DNA from: Atopobiaceae bacterium
Lineage (GTDB): Bacteria; Actinomycetota; Coriobacteriia; Coriobacteriales; Atopobiaceae
Assembly (NCBI GenBank): GCA_022482785.1
Contig: JAKVON010000014.1
Span: forward strand, 3,938-67,937
DNA length: 64,000 nt
Direction: 5' to 3'
In this document: positions 56,772 to 64,000 of the stretch, one piece after another
Numbering within the stretch: position 1 is the first letter of the stretch
How the letters are laid out: every line of letters begins with the position of its first letter
Notes under the pieces: model-generated
Database searches by the model: none
The model's input: the letters and a program-made list of their open reading frames with translations, nothing else
What the model was told of the DNA's origin: nothing
Made by a program: the position numbers and the translations under genes

Positions 56772-59583
56772 ACGCTCCCTATTGGCACACGGCGCGTTCG
56801 CGCTGCTCCTTGCCCTTGTCCTCGCCGTGTTCGCGCCTGGCCTCGCGACGCCGGCCCTTGCGGCGGAGCCCTCGGCCGCGCAGACGACGGTCCGTGTCGG
56901 CTACTTCAACAACGGCGACTTCATGCACAAGGCCGCCGACGGCAGCTACGAGGGCTATGACGTCGAGTACTACTACACGCTCGCCAGCTATGCCAACTGG
57001 AAGATACAGTTCGTCGACTACGACAGCCTGAACGCCGCGCTCGCCGGGCTCAAGGCAGGGGACATCGACATGATGAGCGGCCTCTCCAAGACCACCGAGC
57101 GGGAGAGCAGCTATCTCGCCTCTGCCCAGAAGATGTGCACCACCCACATCGCGGTGCAGACCCGCGCCGACGATGACCGCTACTCCCCGGGTGACGTCTC
57201 GGGCATGGCGGACATGACGTGCGGCATCCTCAAGGGGTCGAACGTCGTGGCCCTCTACGAGGCGTGGTGTGCGGAAGGGGGCCTCACGCCCCATGTCGTG
57301 GAATACGACACCCTCCAGGCCAGGAACGACGCGTTCGCCTCGGGCCAGGTCGATGCCATCGCGGCCGGATCCACCATCGAAGGCGCCCAGAAGGTCGCGG
57401 AGTTCCCCGGGCTCGACCTGTTCTTCATGCTCAACCAGTCGCAGACAGACCTCAAGGCCCAGGTCGACCGCTCGATGTCCGTCCTCTCGCTCACCGAGCC
57501 GGCCTATGAGACCAACCTCACCCTCAAGTACTTCCCGGCGTCCAAGAACTCGACGCCCTCCTTCTCGGCCAGGGAGAAGGCCTTCGTCGCGTCGCATCAG
57601 ACGATAAGGGTCGCGGTGCTTTCCGATGACGCGCCCTTCAGCGTGGTCGACTCCTCCGGCAACGCCACGGGGATACTGCCCGAGTACTTCGACCACCTCG
57701 GCCAGGAGATCGGCGTCACGTTCGTGTGCGTGGGATGCGCCGACAAGGACGCCGCCTGTGCGGCGCTCGCGGCAGGCGAGGTCGACGCCATCGGCAAGTA
57801 CCAGAACGACGCCTACGACGCCAACGCGCGCGCAACGATCCTGGGCGACGTCTACCTGCCGATGAGCCTCGTGCAGATCACCCGCGCGGGCACGGGCTCC
57901 GTCTCCACCGTGACCGTTCCCGAGTGCAACGCCGAGATGGTCGAGGCCCTGGCTGCGGGCGCGGGCTTCCAGGCCCCGATCACCTCGTGCAGCAACGCCG
58001 AGAAGTGCTTCGGGCGCCTCAAGGCGGGAGAGGTGGATGCTGTCATCTGCCCCCAGGTGAGCGCCTCGTGGCTCCTCACCCGCAACCGCTCGTCCGACTA
58101 CGTGGTGTCGGCGTTCGGTACGAAGAGCTGGGATGCCTGCATGGCCTTCGCTCCAGGTACGGATGGCAATCTGCTCAGGTCGATCGTGAACAAGACGATC
58201 GCCGTCGACGGCAGCTACATCGACCAGCTGATCACGAAGGACACCCTCCAGGACTCCGCCGACCTCACGGGGCTGCTCGAGCGCGTCCCCACGCCGGTCC
58301 TCGTGGCGCTCGCCACGATCCTGTTCCTCGTCGCCGCACTCGCGGTGGTCTCGGCCATCGTCCTCGCACGCCGTCGCAAGCACGAGCGTAGCCTCGCGCA
58401 GCAGCAGGCCGAGGCCGACCGCCGCGAGTCGGAGCTCCGGATCGAGGCCCGCACCAACGAGGCCCAGCAACGCTTCTTCGGCACGGTGAGCCATGACATG
58501 CGCACCCCCCTGAACGGCATCATGGGCTTCGCCGACCTCGCCCTGGAGAGCGACGACCCGGCGCGTACGCGCGATTACCTCACGAAGATCCGCACGTCGG
58601 GCCGCATCCTCACCGAACTCGTCGACGACACGCTCGTGATGTCGCGCCTCTCGAGCGGCAAGCTCGTGCTCCATCCCATCCCGTGCGACAACCACGAGGT
58701 GTTCGATGACGTCTGCCTGCCGATACGCGCGACGGCAGAGGCCAAGGGCGTCGCGTTCGAAGACGATGTCGCGGACCTCCCGCGCCGAACGGTCATGGTC
58801 GATCGGCCGGCCCTCCAGAAGGTCCTGCTCAACCTGCTCTCCAATGCGATCAAGTTCACGCCTGCCGGCGGCACGGTCACGCTCGGGGTCTCCCTCATGC
58901 CAGCGGGGTCCGAGAGCCCCGACACCGTCTTCACGGTCGCCGACACCGGCGAGGGTATCTCCGAGGAGTTCCTCCCGCACGCCTTCGATGCCTTCAGCCA
59001 GGAGAACCCCATGGTGGCAGGATCGACCACCGGCACGGGCCTGGGACTTTCCATCGCCAAGGGCGTCGTGGAGGCGATGGGCGGCACCATCTCGGTGACC
59101 AGCGAGAAGGGTGTGGGCTCCACCTTCACCGTCCGCCTGCATCTCGATCGGGCCGAGCAGCCGCAGACAGCTGCCCCGTCCGGTGCCAACACCCTCACGG
59201 GCAAGACCATCCTCGTCTGCGAGGACAACGCGCTCAACGCGGAGATAATCAGGACCATCCTCGAGAAGGCCGGCGCCGAGGTCGTGGTCGCCGGGAATGG
59301 CAAGCTGGGCGTCGAGGCCTTCCGCGCGAGCGCTCCCGGCGGCATCGACGCCGTGCTGCTCGACCTCCGCATGCCCGTCATGGACGGCTTCGCGGCCGCC
59401 CGCGCCATCCGTTCGCTCGACCGCGCGGACGCGGCCGTCGTCCCCATCTTCGCGGTCTCTGCCGATGCCTATCCGGAGGACGTCCAGAGATGCCGGGAGG
59501 CGGGCATGAACGGGCACCTCGCCAAGCCCGTGAGTGCGGCGGATGTCTTATCCGCGCTCGGTGGGGAAGGGGTACGGCCATGA
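56764..59583 (+). CDS. Hybrid sensor histidine kinase with two extracytoplasmic SBP_bac_3 (Venus-flytrap) domains
   Basis: Signal/TM MRRRSLLAHGAFALLLALVLAVFA. Two periplasmic-binding-protein-like modules (VRVGYFNNGDF..., IRVAVLSDDAPF...). TM LVALATILFLVAALAVVSAIVLA. SHDMRTPLNGIMGF, NLLSNAIKFTPAGG. REC LVCEDNALN...LLDLRMPVMDG. Confidence 0.9.
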   Translation: MRRRSLLAHGAFALLLALVLAVFAPGLATPALAAEPSAAQTTVRVGYFNNGDFMHKAADGSYEGYDVEYYYTLASYANWKIQFVDYDSLNAALAGLKAGDIDMMSGLSKTTERESSYLASAQKMCTTHIAVQTRADDDRYSPGDVSGMADMTCGILKGSNVVALYEAWCAEGGLTPHVVEYDTLQARNDAFASGQVDAIAAGSTIEGAQKVAEFPGLDLFFMLNQSQTDLKAQVDRSMSVLSLTEPAYETNLTLKYFPASKNSTPSFSAREKAFVASHQTIRVAVLSDDAPFSVVDSSGNATGILPEYFDHLGQEIGVTFVCVGCADKDAACAALAAGEVDAIGKYQNDAYDANARATILGDVYLPMSLVQITRAGTGSVSTVTVPECNAEMVEALAAGAGFQAPITSCSNAEKCFGRLKAGEVDAVICPQVSASWLLTRNRSSDYVVSAFGTKSWDACMAFAPGTDGNLLRSIVNKTIAVDGSYIDQLITKDTLQDSADLTGLLERVPTPVLVALATILFLVAALAVVSAIVLARRRKHERSLAQQQAEADRRESELRIEARTNEAQQRFFGTVSHDMRTPLNGIMGFADLALESDDPARTRDYLTKIRTSGRILTELVDDTLVMSRLSSGKLVLHPIPCDNHEVFDDVCLPIRATAEAKGVAFEDDVADLPRRTVMVDRPALQKVLLNLLSNAIKFTPAGGTVTLGVSLMPAGSESPDTVFTVADTGEGISEEFLPHAFDAFSQENPMVAGSTTGTGLGLSIAKGVVEAMGGTISVTSEKGVGSTFTVRLHLDRAEQPQTAAPSGANTLTGKTILVCEDNALNAEIIRTILEKAGAEVVVAGNGKLGVEAFRASAPGGIDAVLLDLRMPVMDGFAAARAIRSLDRADAAVVPIFAVSADAYPEDVQRCREAGMNGHLAKPVSAADVLSALGGEGVRP

Positions 59584-62414
59584 GGGCGCAAGGGGGGGCA
59601 CGCCGTCTTCTGCGTGCGCTGGCGCTGCGGGTCGTCATCGCGGCATCCGTAATCGTGGTCGGAGCCTCGCCCTGCGTCGCCTGGGCGGACGAGTCGCAGC
59701 CGACCACGGGCTCCAACGTGGTGCGCGTGGGCATCTCCGAGTACCCGCAATACGCCTACTACGACGCCAACGGCAACCCCACGGGCGCGGACGTGGAGTA
59801 CGCCTATCGCATCGCCCAGTACGAGGGCCTCGACGTGCAGGTGGTGCTCATTCCCGACGCCTCGAGCTATTTCTCCGCGCTCGACTCCGGCCAGGTCGAC
59901 ATGCTCTTCGACGTCATCAAGACCGACGAGCGCGAGCAGCGCTACCTCTTCGCCGAGTACCAGACAGGGAGCACCCCCAACTCCATCTACGTTCGCAAGG
60001 GCGACACGCGGTTCGAGTACGGCGACATCAACGCCCTCGGGGACAAGGTCTTCGGGTCCGAGCGCGACAGCTACGTCACCACGATCTTCAGGAACTGGTG
60101 CGCGAGCGTGGGCATCGCGCCCCAGATCCGGGAGTATGCCAGCAGCGACGAGGTGAACGCGGCGCTCGACGCGGGTGAGGTCGATGCCGGCGTCTACGGA
60201 GACTCGGAGATGGTGGGCTACACGACCGTCGAGAGGTTCTCTCCCACGCCCTACTACAACATCTTCCGGCGGGACGAGACCGCCCTCAAGGCGAAGGTCG
60301 ACGAGGCCATGAGCCAGATCCTCTCGGCCGACCCCCTCTACGGCTCGCGTCTCGTCGAGAAGTATGCGGGGTCGACGAACTCGACGATGTCGACGCTTTC
60401 CATCGAGGAGTCCGACTACGTCGCCTCGCATCCCACCGTGACCGTGGCCGCCATCGAGAACGACGCCCCCTACTACTGGGTCTCCTCCGACGGCAGGGCG
60501 CGAGGCGTCCTCGTCGACTACTGCGCCAAGCTCGGCCAGCTCACCGGCCTGGACTTCAGCATCGTCAGCTTCCCGTCGCAGGCAGACGCGGAGGCGGCCG
60601 TGAAGGACGGGCAGTGCGACATGGTCGGCATCTACAGCAACGGCCTCGTGAAGGCCTACTCGTCCGGCTTCGCCCTCACGAGCACCTATGCCACCGAGGA
60701 CGTCGTGGAGCTCACCCGTTCGGGCGTGAGCTCGTCCGACGTCAAGCGGATAGCCGTGAAGGAGCGCAGCAGGAAGGGATTCGAGGACACGCTCGGAATC
60801 GAGGGGGTCGAGTACGTGGGCTACGAGAGCGCGAGCGCATGCTTCGCAGCCCTCGAGTCCGGCCAGGTGGATGCCGTGATCGCCGGCCAGCCCAGCATCA
60901 CCTACCTCATCAACCAGGCGGACTCGGCCGCCTACAGCATCGATCCCGTCCCGCTGCTCACCATGGAGATGTGCGGCGCCGTCGCCGCCGACAACGGCGT
61001 GCTCTGCTCTATTCTCGACAAGGCCGTCGCCGTGTCGTCGTCGGACTTCGACGCCTACGTGAGCACGAGCACGATGACGGAGAACAACCTCCGCTCGTTC
61101 GTGGCGCACATGCCGCCAGGGCTCATCGTGGGGGTGGGGCTGATCCTCGCGGCCCTCGTCGTAGGGCTCATCGTGGCCCTCGTCGTCATCGTCCGCCACC
61201 AGCGCGAGACGGCCGAGCTCGTGCGGGCGAAGGCCGCCAACGACCGCCGCGAGGCGCAGCTTGCCGCGGCCGAGCGGGCAAACGACGAGCGCAACCGCTT
61301 CTTCTCCAACATCAGCCACGACATGCGCACGCCCCTGAACGCCATCATCGGCTTCTCGTCGCTCGCCCAGAAGAAGGCGCGCTCTCCCGAGGTCAAGGAC
61401 TACCTGGCCAAGATCGGGACCTCGGGCAACGTCCTGCTCGACCTCATCGACGACACCCTCATGGTCTCGAAGATGAGCAGCGGGAAGGTGCAGATCAACC
61501 CCCAGCCCATCGCGCTTGCCGAGCTCGTCGAGTCCATCACGATTCCCATCCAGGAGTTCGCCCTGCAGCACGGCGTCGAGTTCGCCGAGGACGTCTCGGC
61601 GAGGCCGCGCACCGTGCTGTGCGACCGCCTCAACACCGAGAAGATCATGCTCAACCTGCTCACCAACGCCGTGAAGTACACCCCGCGCGGCGGCCACGTG
61701 AGGTTCTCCATCGCCGACGCCCCCGGCGACGCCTCCGATCCGGAACTGGTCTTCACGGTGGCCGATGACGGCGTGGGCATGGCGGACTCGTTCCTGCCCC
61801 ACATCTACGAGCCGTTCATCCAGGAGAACAAGCTCGGCACCACCTCGGGCACGGGCCTGGGCCTCTCCATCGTCAAGCAGCTCGTCGACCTCATGGGCGG
61901 CACCATCGAGGTGCGGAGCAAGCCGGGCGAGGGCACCACGTTCGTCGTGCAGCTTCACCTGGCCGCGACCGACGAGGTGCCGAACGCCCACCCCGAGGCC
62001 GCCTGCCAGGCGTCGGGCGTCGAGCTCTCCGGGCGAAAGGTGCTGCTCTGCGAGGACAACGCCATGAACGCCGAGATAGCGCGCGCCCTTCTCGAGGAGG
62101 AGGGCATTGAGGTGGTCGTCGCCACGAACGGGCGCGTGGGCGTGCGCTACTTCGAGGCGAGCGAGGTGGGGGAGTACTCCGCCGTGCTCATGGACCTGCG
62201 CATGCCCGTGATGGACGGTCTCGAGGCCGCGCGACAGATTCGCGCGCTCGACAGGAAGGACGCAGCGAGCGTCCCCATCGTCGCGATGACCGCGGACGCC
62301 TTCCCCGACGACGTCGAGCGCTGCCTCGATGCCGGCATGAACGCCCATGTCGCCAAGCCCATCGACCCGAATGCGCTCATGACGACGCTCCGCGAGCAGA
62401 TGGTGCGGAGATAG
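59580..62414 (+). CDS. Second hybrid sensor histidine kinase with two SBP_bac_3 domains (paralog of the preceding gene)
   Basis: ATG 59580 overlaps the previous stop (ATGA). Same architecture: VRVGISEYPQYAY..., TVTVAAIENDAPYY..., TM, SHDMRTPLNAIIGF, NLLTNAVKYTPRGG, REC LLCEDNAMN...LMDLRMPVMDG. Confidence 0.9.
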   Translation: MRAQGGARRLLRALALRVVIAASVIVVGASPCVAWADESQPTTGSNVVRVGISEYPQYAYYDANGNPTGADVEYAYRIAQYEGLDVQVVLIPDASSYFSALDSGQVDMLFDVIKTDEREQRYLFAEYQTGSTPNSIYVRKGDTRFEYGDINALGDKVFGSERDSYVTTIFRNWCASVGIAPQIREYASSDEVNAALDAGEVDAGVYGDSEMVGYTTVERFSPTPYYNIFRRDETALKAKVDEAMSQILSADPLYGSRLVEKYAGSTNSTMSTLSIEESDYVASHPTVTVAAIENDAPYYWVSSDGRARGVLVDYCAKLGQLTGLDFSIVSFPSQADAEAAVKDGQCDMVGIYSNGLVKAYSSGFALTSTYATEDVVELTRSGVSSSDVKRIAVKERSRKGFEDTLGIEGVEYVGYESASACFAALESGQVDAVIAGQPSITYLINQADSAAYSIDPVPLLTMEMCGAVAADNGVLCSILDKAVAVSSSDFDAYVSTSTMTENNLRSFVAHMPPGLIVGVGLILAALVVGLIVALVVIVRHQRETAELVRAKAANDRREAQLAAAERANDERNRFFSNISHDMRTPLNAIIGFSSLAQKKARSPEVKDYLAKIGTSGNVLLDLIDDTLMVSKMSSGKVQINPQPIALAELVESITIPIQEFALQHGVEFAEDVSARPRTVLCDRLNTEKIMLNLLTNAVKYTPRGGHVRFSIADAPGDASDPELVFTVADDGVGMADSFLPHIYEPFIQENKLGTTSGTGLGLSIVKQLVDLMGGTIEVRSKPGEGTTFVVQLHLAATDEVPNAHPEAACQASGVELSGRKVLLCEDNAMNAEIARALLEEEGIEVVVATNGRVGVRYFEASEVGEYSAVLMDLRMPVMDGLEAARQIRALDRKDAASVPIVAMTADAFPDDVERCLDAGMNAHVAKPIDPNALMTTLREQMVRR

Positions 62415-62431
62415 CGGGTTTCGGCCTTCGC

Positions 62432-62524
62432 GCCGACCCCCACGAATGCAGTCTGCGACCAAAAGTGGCGGGAATCGCCGCCTCGTGGCCAATGGTTGCA
62501 TTCGTGGGGATTCGCCGGGAAGGG
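62432..62524. repeat. 93-bp direct repeat, left copy (contains an inverted pair of W-type units forming a 13-bp stem)
   Basis: Matches 63908-64000 at 89/93 positions. All 4 differences lie in one 5-nt block (cagtc versus gcatt). CCCCACGAATGCA (62438-62450) pairs with TGCATTCGTGGGG (62497-62509). Confidence 0.9.
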
Positions 62525-62577
62525 CGCTGAGAGGGGCGCCTCGTCTGCCAGGCGTTTCTCTCCGCCTTATGAGACGT

Positions 62578-62695
62578 GACCCCCACGAATGGCATTTGCG
62601 ACCGCCGCAGACCCCCACGAATGCAGTCTGCGACCAGGAGTAGCCCCAAACCGCCCCACAAACTCCGCCGACCCCCACGGATCCAGTTTGCGACC
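62578..62695. repeat. Three further direct W-type 26-nt units
   Basis: GACCCCCACGAATGGCATTTGCGACC (62578-62603), GACCCCCACGAATGCAGTCTGCGACC (62610-62635) and GACCCCCACGGATCCAGTTTGCGACC (62670-62695). Confidence 0.85.
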
Positions 62696-62709
62696 ACCGG
62701 TCAACGCCC

Positions 62710-63714
62710 TCATCCCTTCGCGCGCGGCAGCATGACGCGGCAGAACTCCTGGCGGTGGGCCTCGAAGGAGCGAGCGCGTATCCGCAGCCTCATTCCCTGC
62801 GCGGATGCCACGTCTCGGGCGATTTGCGCCATCGCCTCGCGGGACCTCAGCTGTCGGGCGGTGACGGTGATGATTCTCCATCCCATATGGGAGAGGTCGT
62901 TTCTCCGCTGGGCGTCCCGGGCGATGCGCGGCGGATCGGCGTGTCCCTCTCCGTCGTATTCGATGGCGAGCCGGGCGTCCGGGTAGCAGAGGTCGATGCG
63001 ATAGGATCGCGGGCCTCCTGGCAAACGGAGCCCTTCGTCTATGTCCACCGTGTAGTTCAGCTGCGGGCGTCCCGCGCAGAAGCAGCCGAGATGATGGGGA
63101 AGCCACAGATGCATGGACAACGCGGTCTCTCTCGGAGAGGCAGATTTCTCAAGCACGTAGGGAAGAAGCGACGCCGCGCGGTTGCTGCCGCGAACGTCGG
63201 CGCTCGAGAGGAATCTCTTCAACGATTCGGCAGATGAGAGGGGTTGGCGCACGGCGACGCCGTCTTCCCCCGCGTCGCATGAGGCCAGGGAGTAGGTTCC
63301 GCAGAGCCTGAAGCCCATTCGGATGATGTCGAGATCGCCCGCGATCCTCGTCTCGTGACTGGCGCGCGTCCGTTCGAGCAGGCATTGCTCTGGGGTGGCC
63401 ACGAAGACATTGGAGGATATCTGCTGCATCGCGCCTGTGGGGAGCGGCCCGCTCCAGACGTGGCATTCGATGCCTGACAGGTACGAGCGATTGGCCTCCA
63501 ATCCAACAGAGATCGAGATGGGCTCGGCGAGAATCTCCTCGGAACGCGTGCCGAAGAATCGCCGACAATCGTCGTGGAACTCGTCGATATCCGCACGGAT
63601 GGGTTTCCCGAGGTCGAGGATCTCCATGCGGCGTGATCTCCGGTCGCCATGGGGAGGGCGGCGGAGTAAATCCCAAAAGCGCAAGGCGGTATCGTATGTC
63701 ACGTAGATGCTCAT
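62710..63714 (-). CDS. DUF559 / Vsr-like endonuclease-fold domain protein
   Basis: ORF 62710..63774, probably starting at MSIYVTYD (ATG 63714). C-terminal YRIDLCYPDARLAIEYDGEGHADPPRIARDAQRRNDLSHMGWRIITVT matches the DUF559 pattern. AT-rich upstream region at 63720-63900. Confidence 0.75.
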   Translation of the reverse strand: MSIYVTYDTALRFWDLLRRPPHGDRRSRRMEILDLGKPIRADIDEFHDDCRRFFGTRSEEILAEPISISVGLEANRSYLSGIECHVWSGPLPTGAMQQISSNVFVATPEQCLLERTRASHETRIAGDLDIIRMGFRLCGTYSLASCDAGEDGVAVRQPLSSAESLKRFLSSADVRGSNRAASLLPYVLEKSASPRETALSMHLWLPHHLGCFCAGRPQLNYTVDIDEGLRLPGGPRSYRIDLCYPDARLAIEYDGEGHADPPRIARDAQRRNDLSHMGWRIITVTARQLRSREAMAQIARDVASAQGMRLRIRARSFEAHRQEFCRVMLPRAKG

Positions 63715-63907
63715 GGCCCAAGCATGCACGAAGGCTCTAACAGATTTTTGTACGCAATTTACAAATAGTGACACTCTAGCGTAAATACGCTGCTCAACGG
63801 TGCTAATTGCGATGTGCTGGTGGGAATATCTCGACCGAATTCACATAAAATAAGCATACACATCACCATCGGCGCTGCCCAACGTATAGATTATTGCCGC
63901 GAGTGGT

Positions 63908-64000
63908 GCCGACCCCCACGAATGGCATTTGCGACCAAAAGTGGCGGGAATCGCCGCCTCGTGGCCAATGGTTGCATTCGTGGGGATTCGCCGGGAAGGG
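63908..64000. repeat. 93-bp direct repeat, right copy (runs to the window edge)
   Basis: See 62432-62524. The true extent is unknown because the window ends here. Confidence 0.9.

Noticed and set aside
51514-62678. Very long minus-strand ORFs (51514..54999, 55344..56765, 56779..59517, 59469..62678).
   Set aside because: All are antisense to kinase or MFS genes with clear H-box, ATPase, REC or TM features. None contains a recognisable domain.
1-64000. rRNA, tRNA, transposase/integrase, prophage or canonical defence-system genes.
   Set aside because: By eye I found no cloverleaf-like or rRNA-like stretches and no ORFs with recombinase, Cas, restriction-modification or toxin-antitoxin signatures. 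The only nuclease-fold genes are the small GIY-YIG and DUF559 proteins. A covariance-model scan would be needed to exclude small RNAs.

Overview
High-GC bacterial chromosomal segment. The gene content fits an anaerobic, saccharolytic Actinomycetota (Coriobacteriia-like) organism; that assignment is inference only. The window contains these items in order. (1) A small GIY-YIG gene. (2) A three-gene HydC/HydB/HydA [FeFe]-hydrogenase operon of the NADH-linked type. (3) A divergent GntR regulator with a beta-glucoside operon (GH1 6-phospho-beta-glucosidase, PTS EIIC, EIIB, EIIA). (4) A malate-type module (DASS anion permease, malic/malolactic-family enzyme, LysR). (5) A secreted papain-like (C1) peptidase. 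(6) A minus-strand operon with a GAF-fused ABC ATPase and a very long FtsX-type permease carrying a repetitive coiled coil. (7) pyrE, a GH13 alpha-glucosidase and ppc. (8) fchA-folD and a 3-hydroxyacyl-CoA dehydrogenase-like gene. (9) An esterase with a long Ala/Lys/Pro tail, an ACT-ACT-MBL protein, a CBS-type family II pyrophosphatase and a hemolysin-III protein. (10) Two GNATs, an Rrf2 / flavoprotein disulfide reductase / CcdA-thioredoxin operon and a YdcF gene. (11) A ~21-kb plus-strand signalling block with four hybrid histidine kinases, one free Hpt, a REC-GGDEF(degenerate)-EAL protein, an HD-GYP protein, two GGDEF cyclases and an MFS transporter. (12) A DUF559 gene bracketed by near-identical 93-bp direct repeats. 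The two most unusual observations are a dispersed family of 26-nt intergenic repeat units, including two 175-bp modules with identical unit spacing, and the multi-kinase / single-Hpt / c-di-GMP block. Thirteen single-nucleotide frame disruptions occur, twelve of them between 8.6 and 19.5 kb. I recognised no rRNA, tRNA, CRISPR array or transposase. Novelty cannot be verified without database searches.
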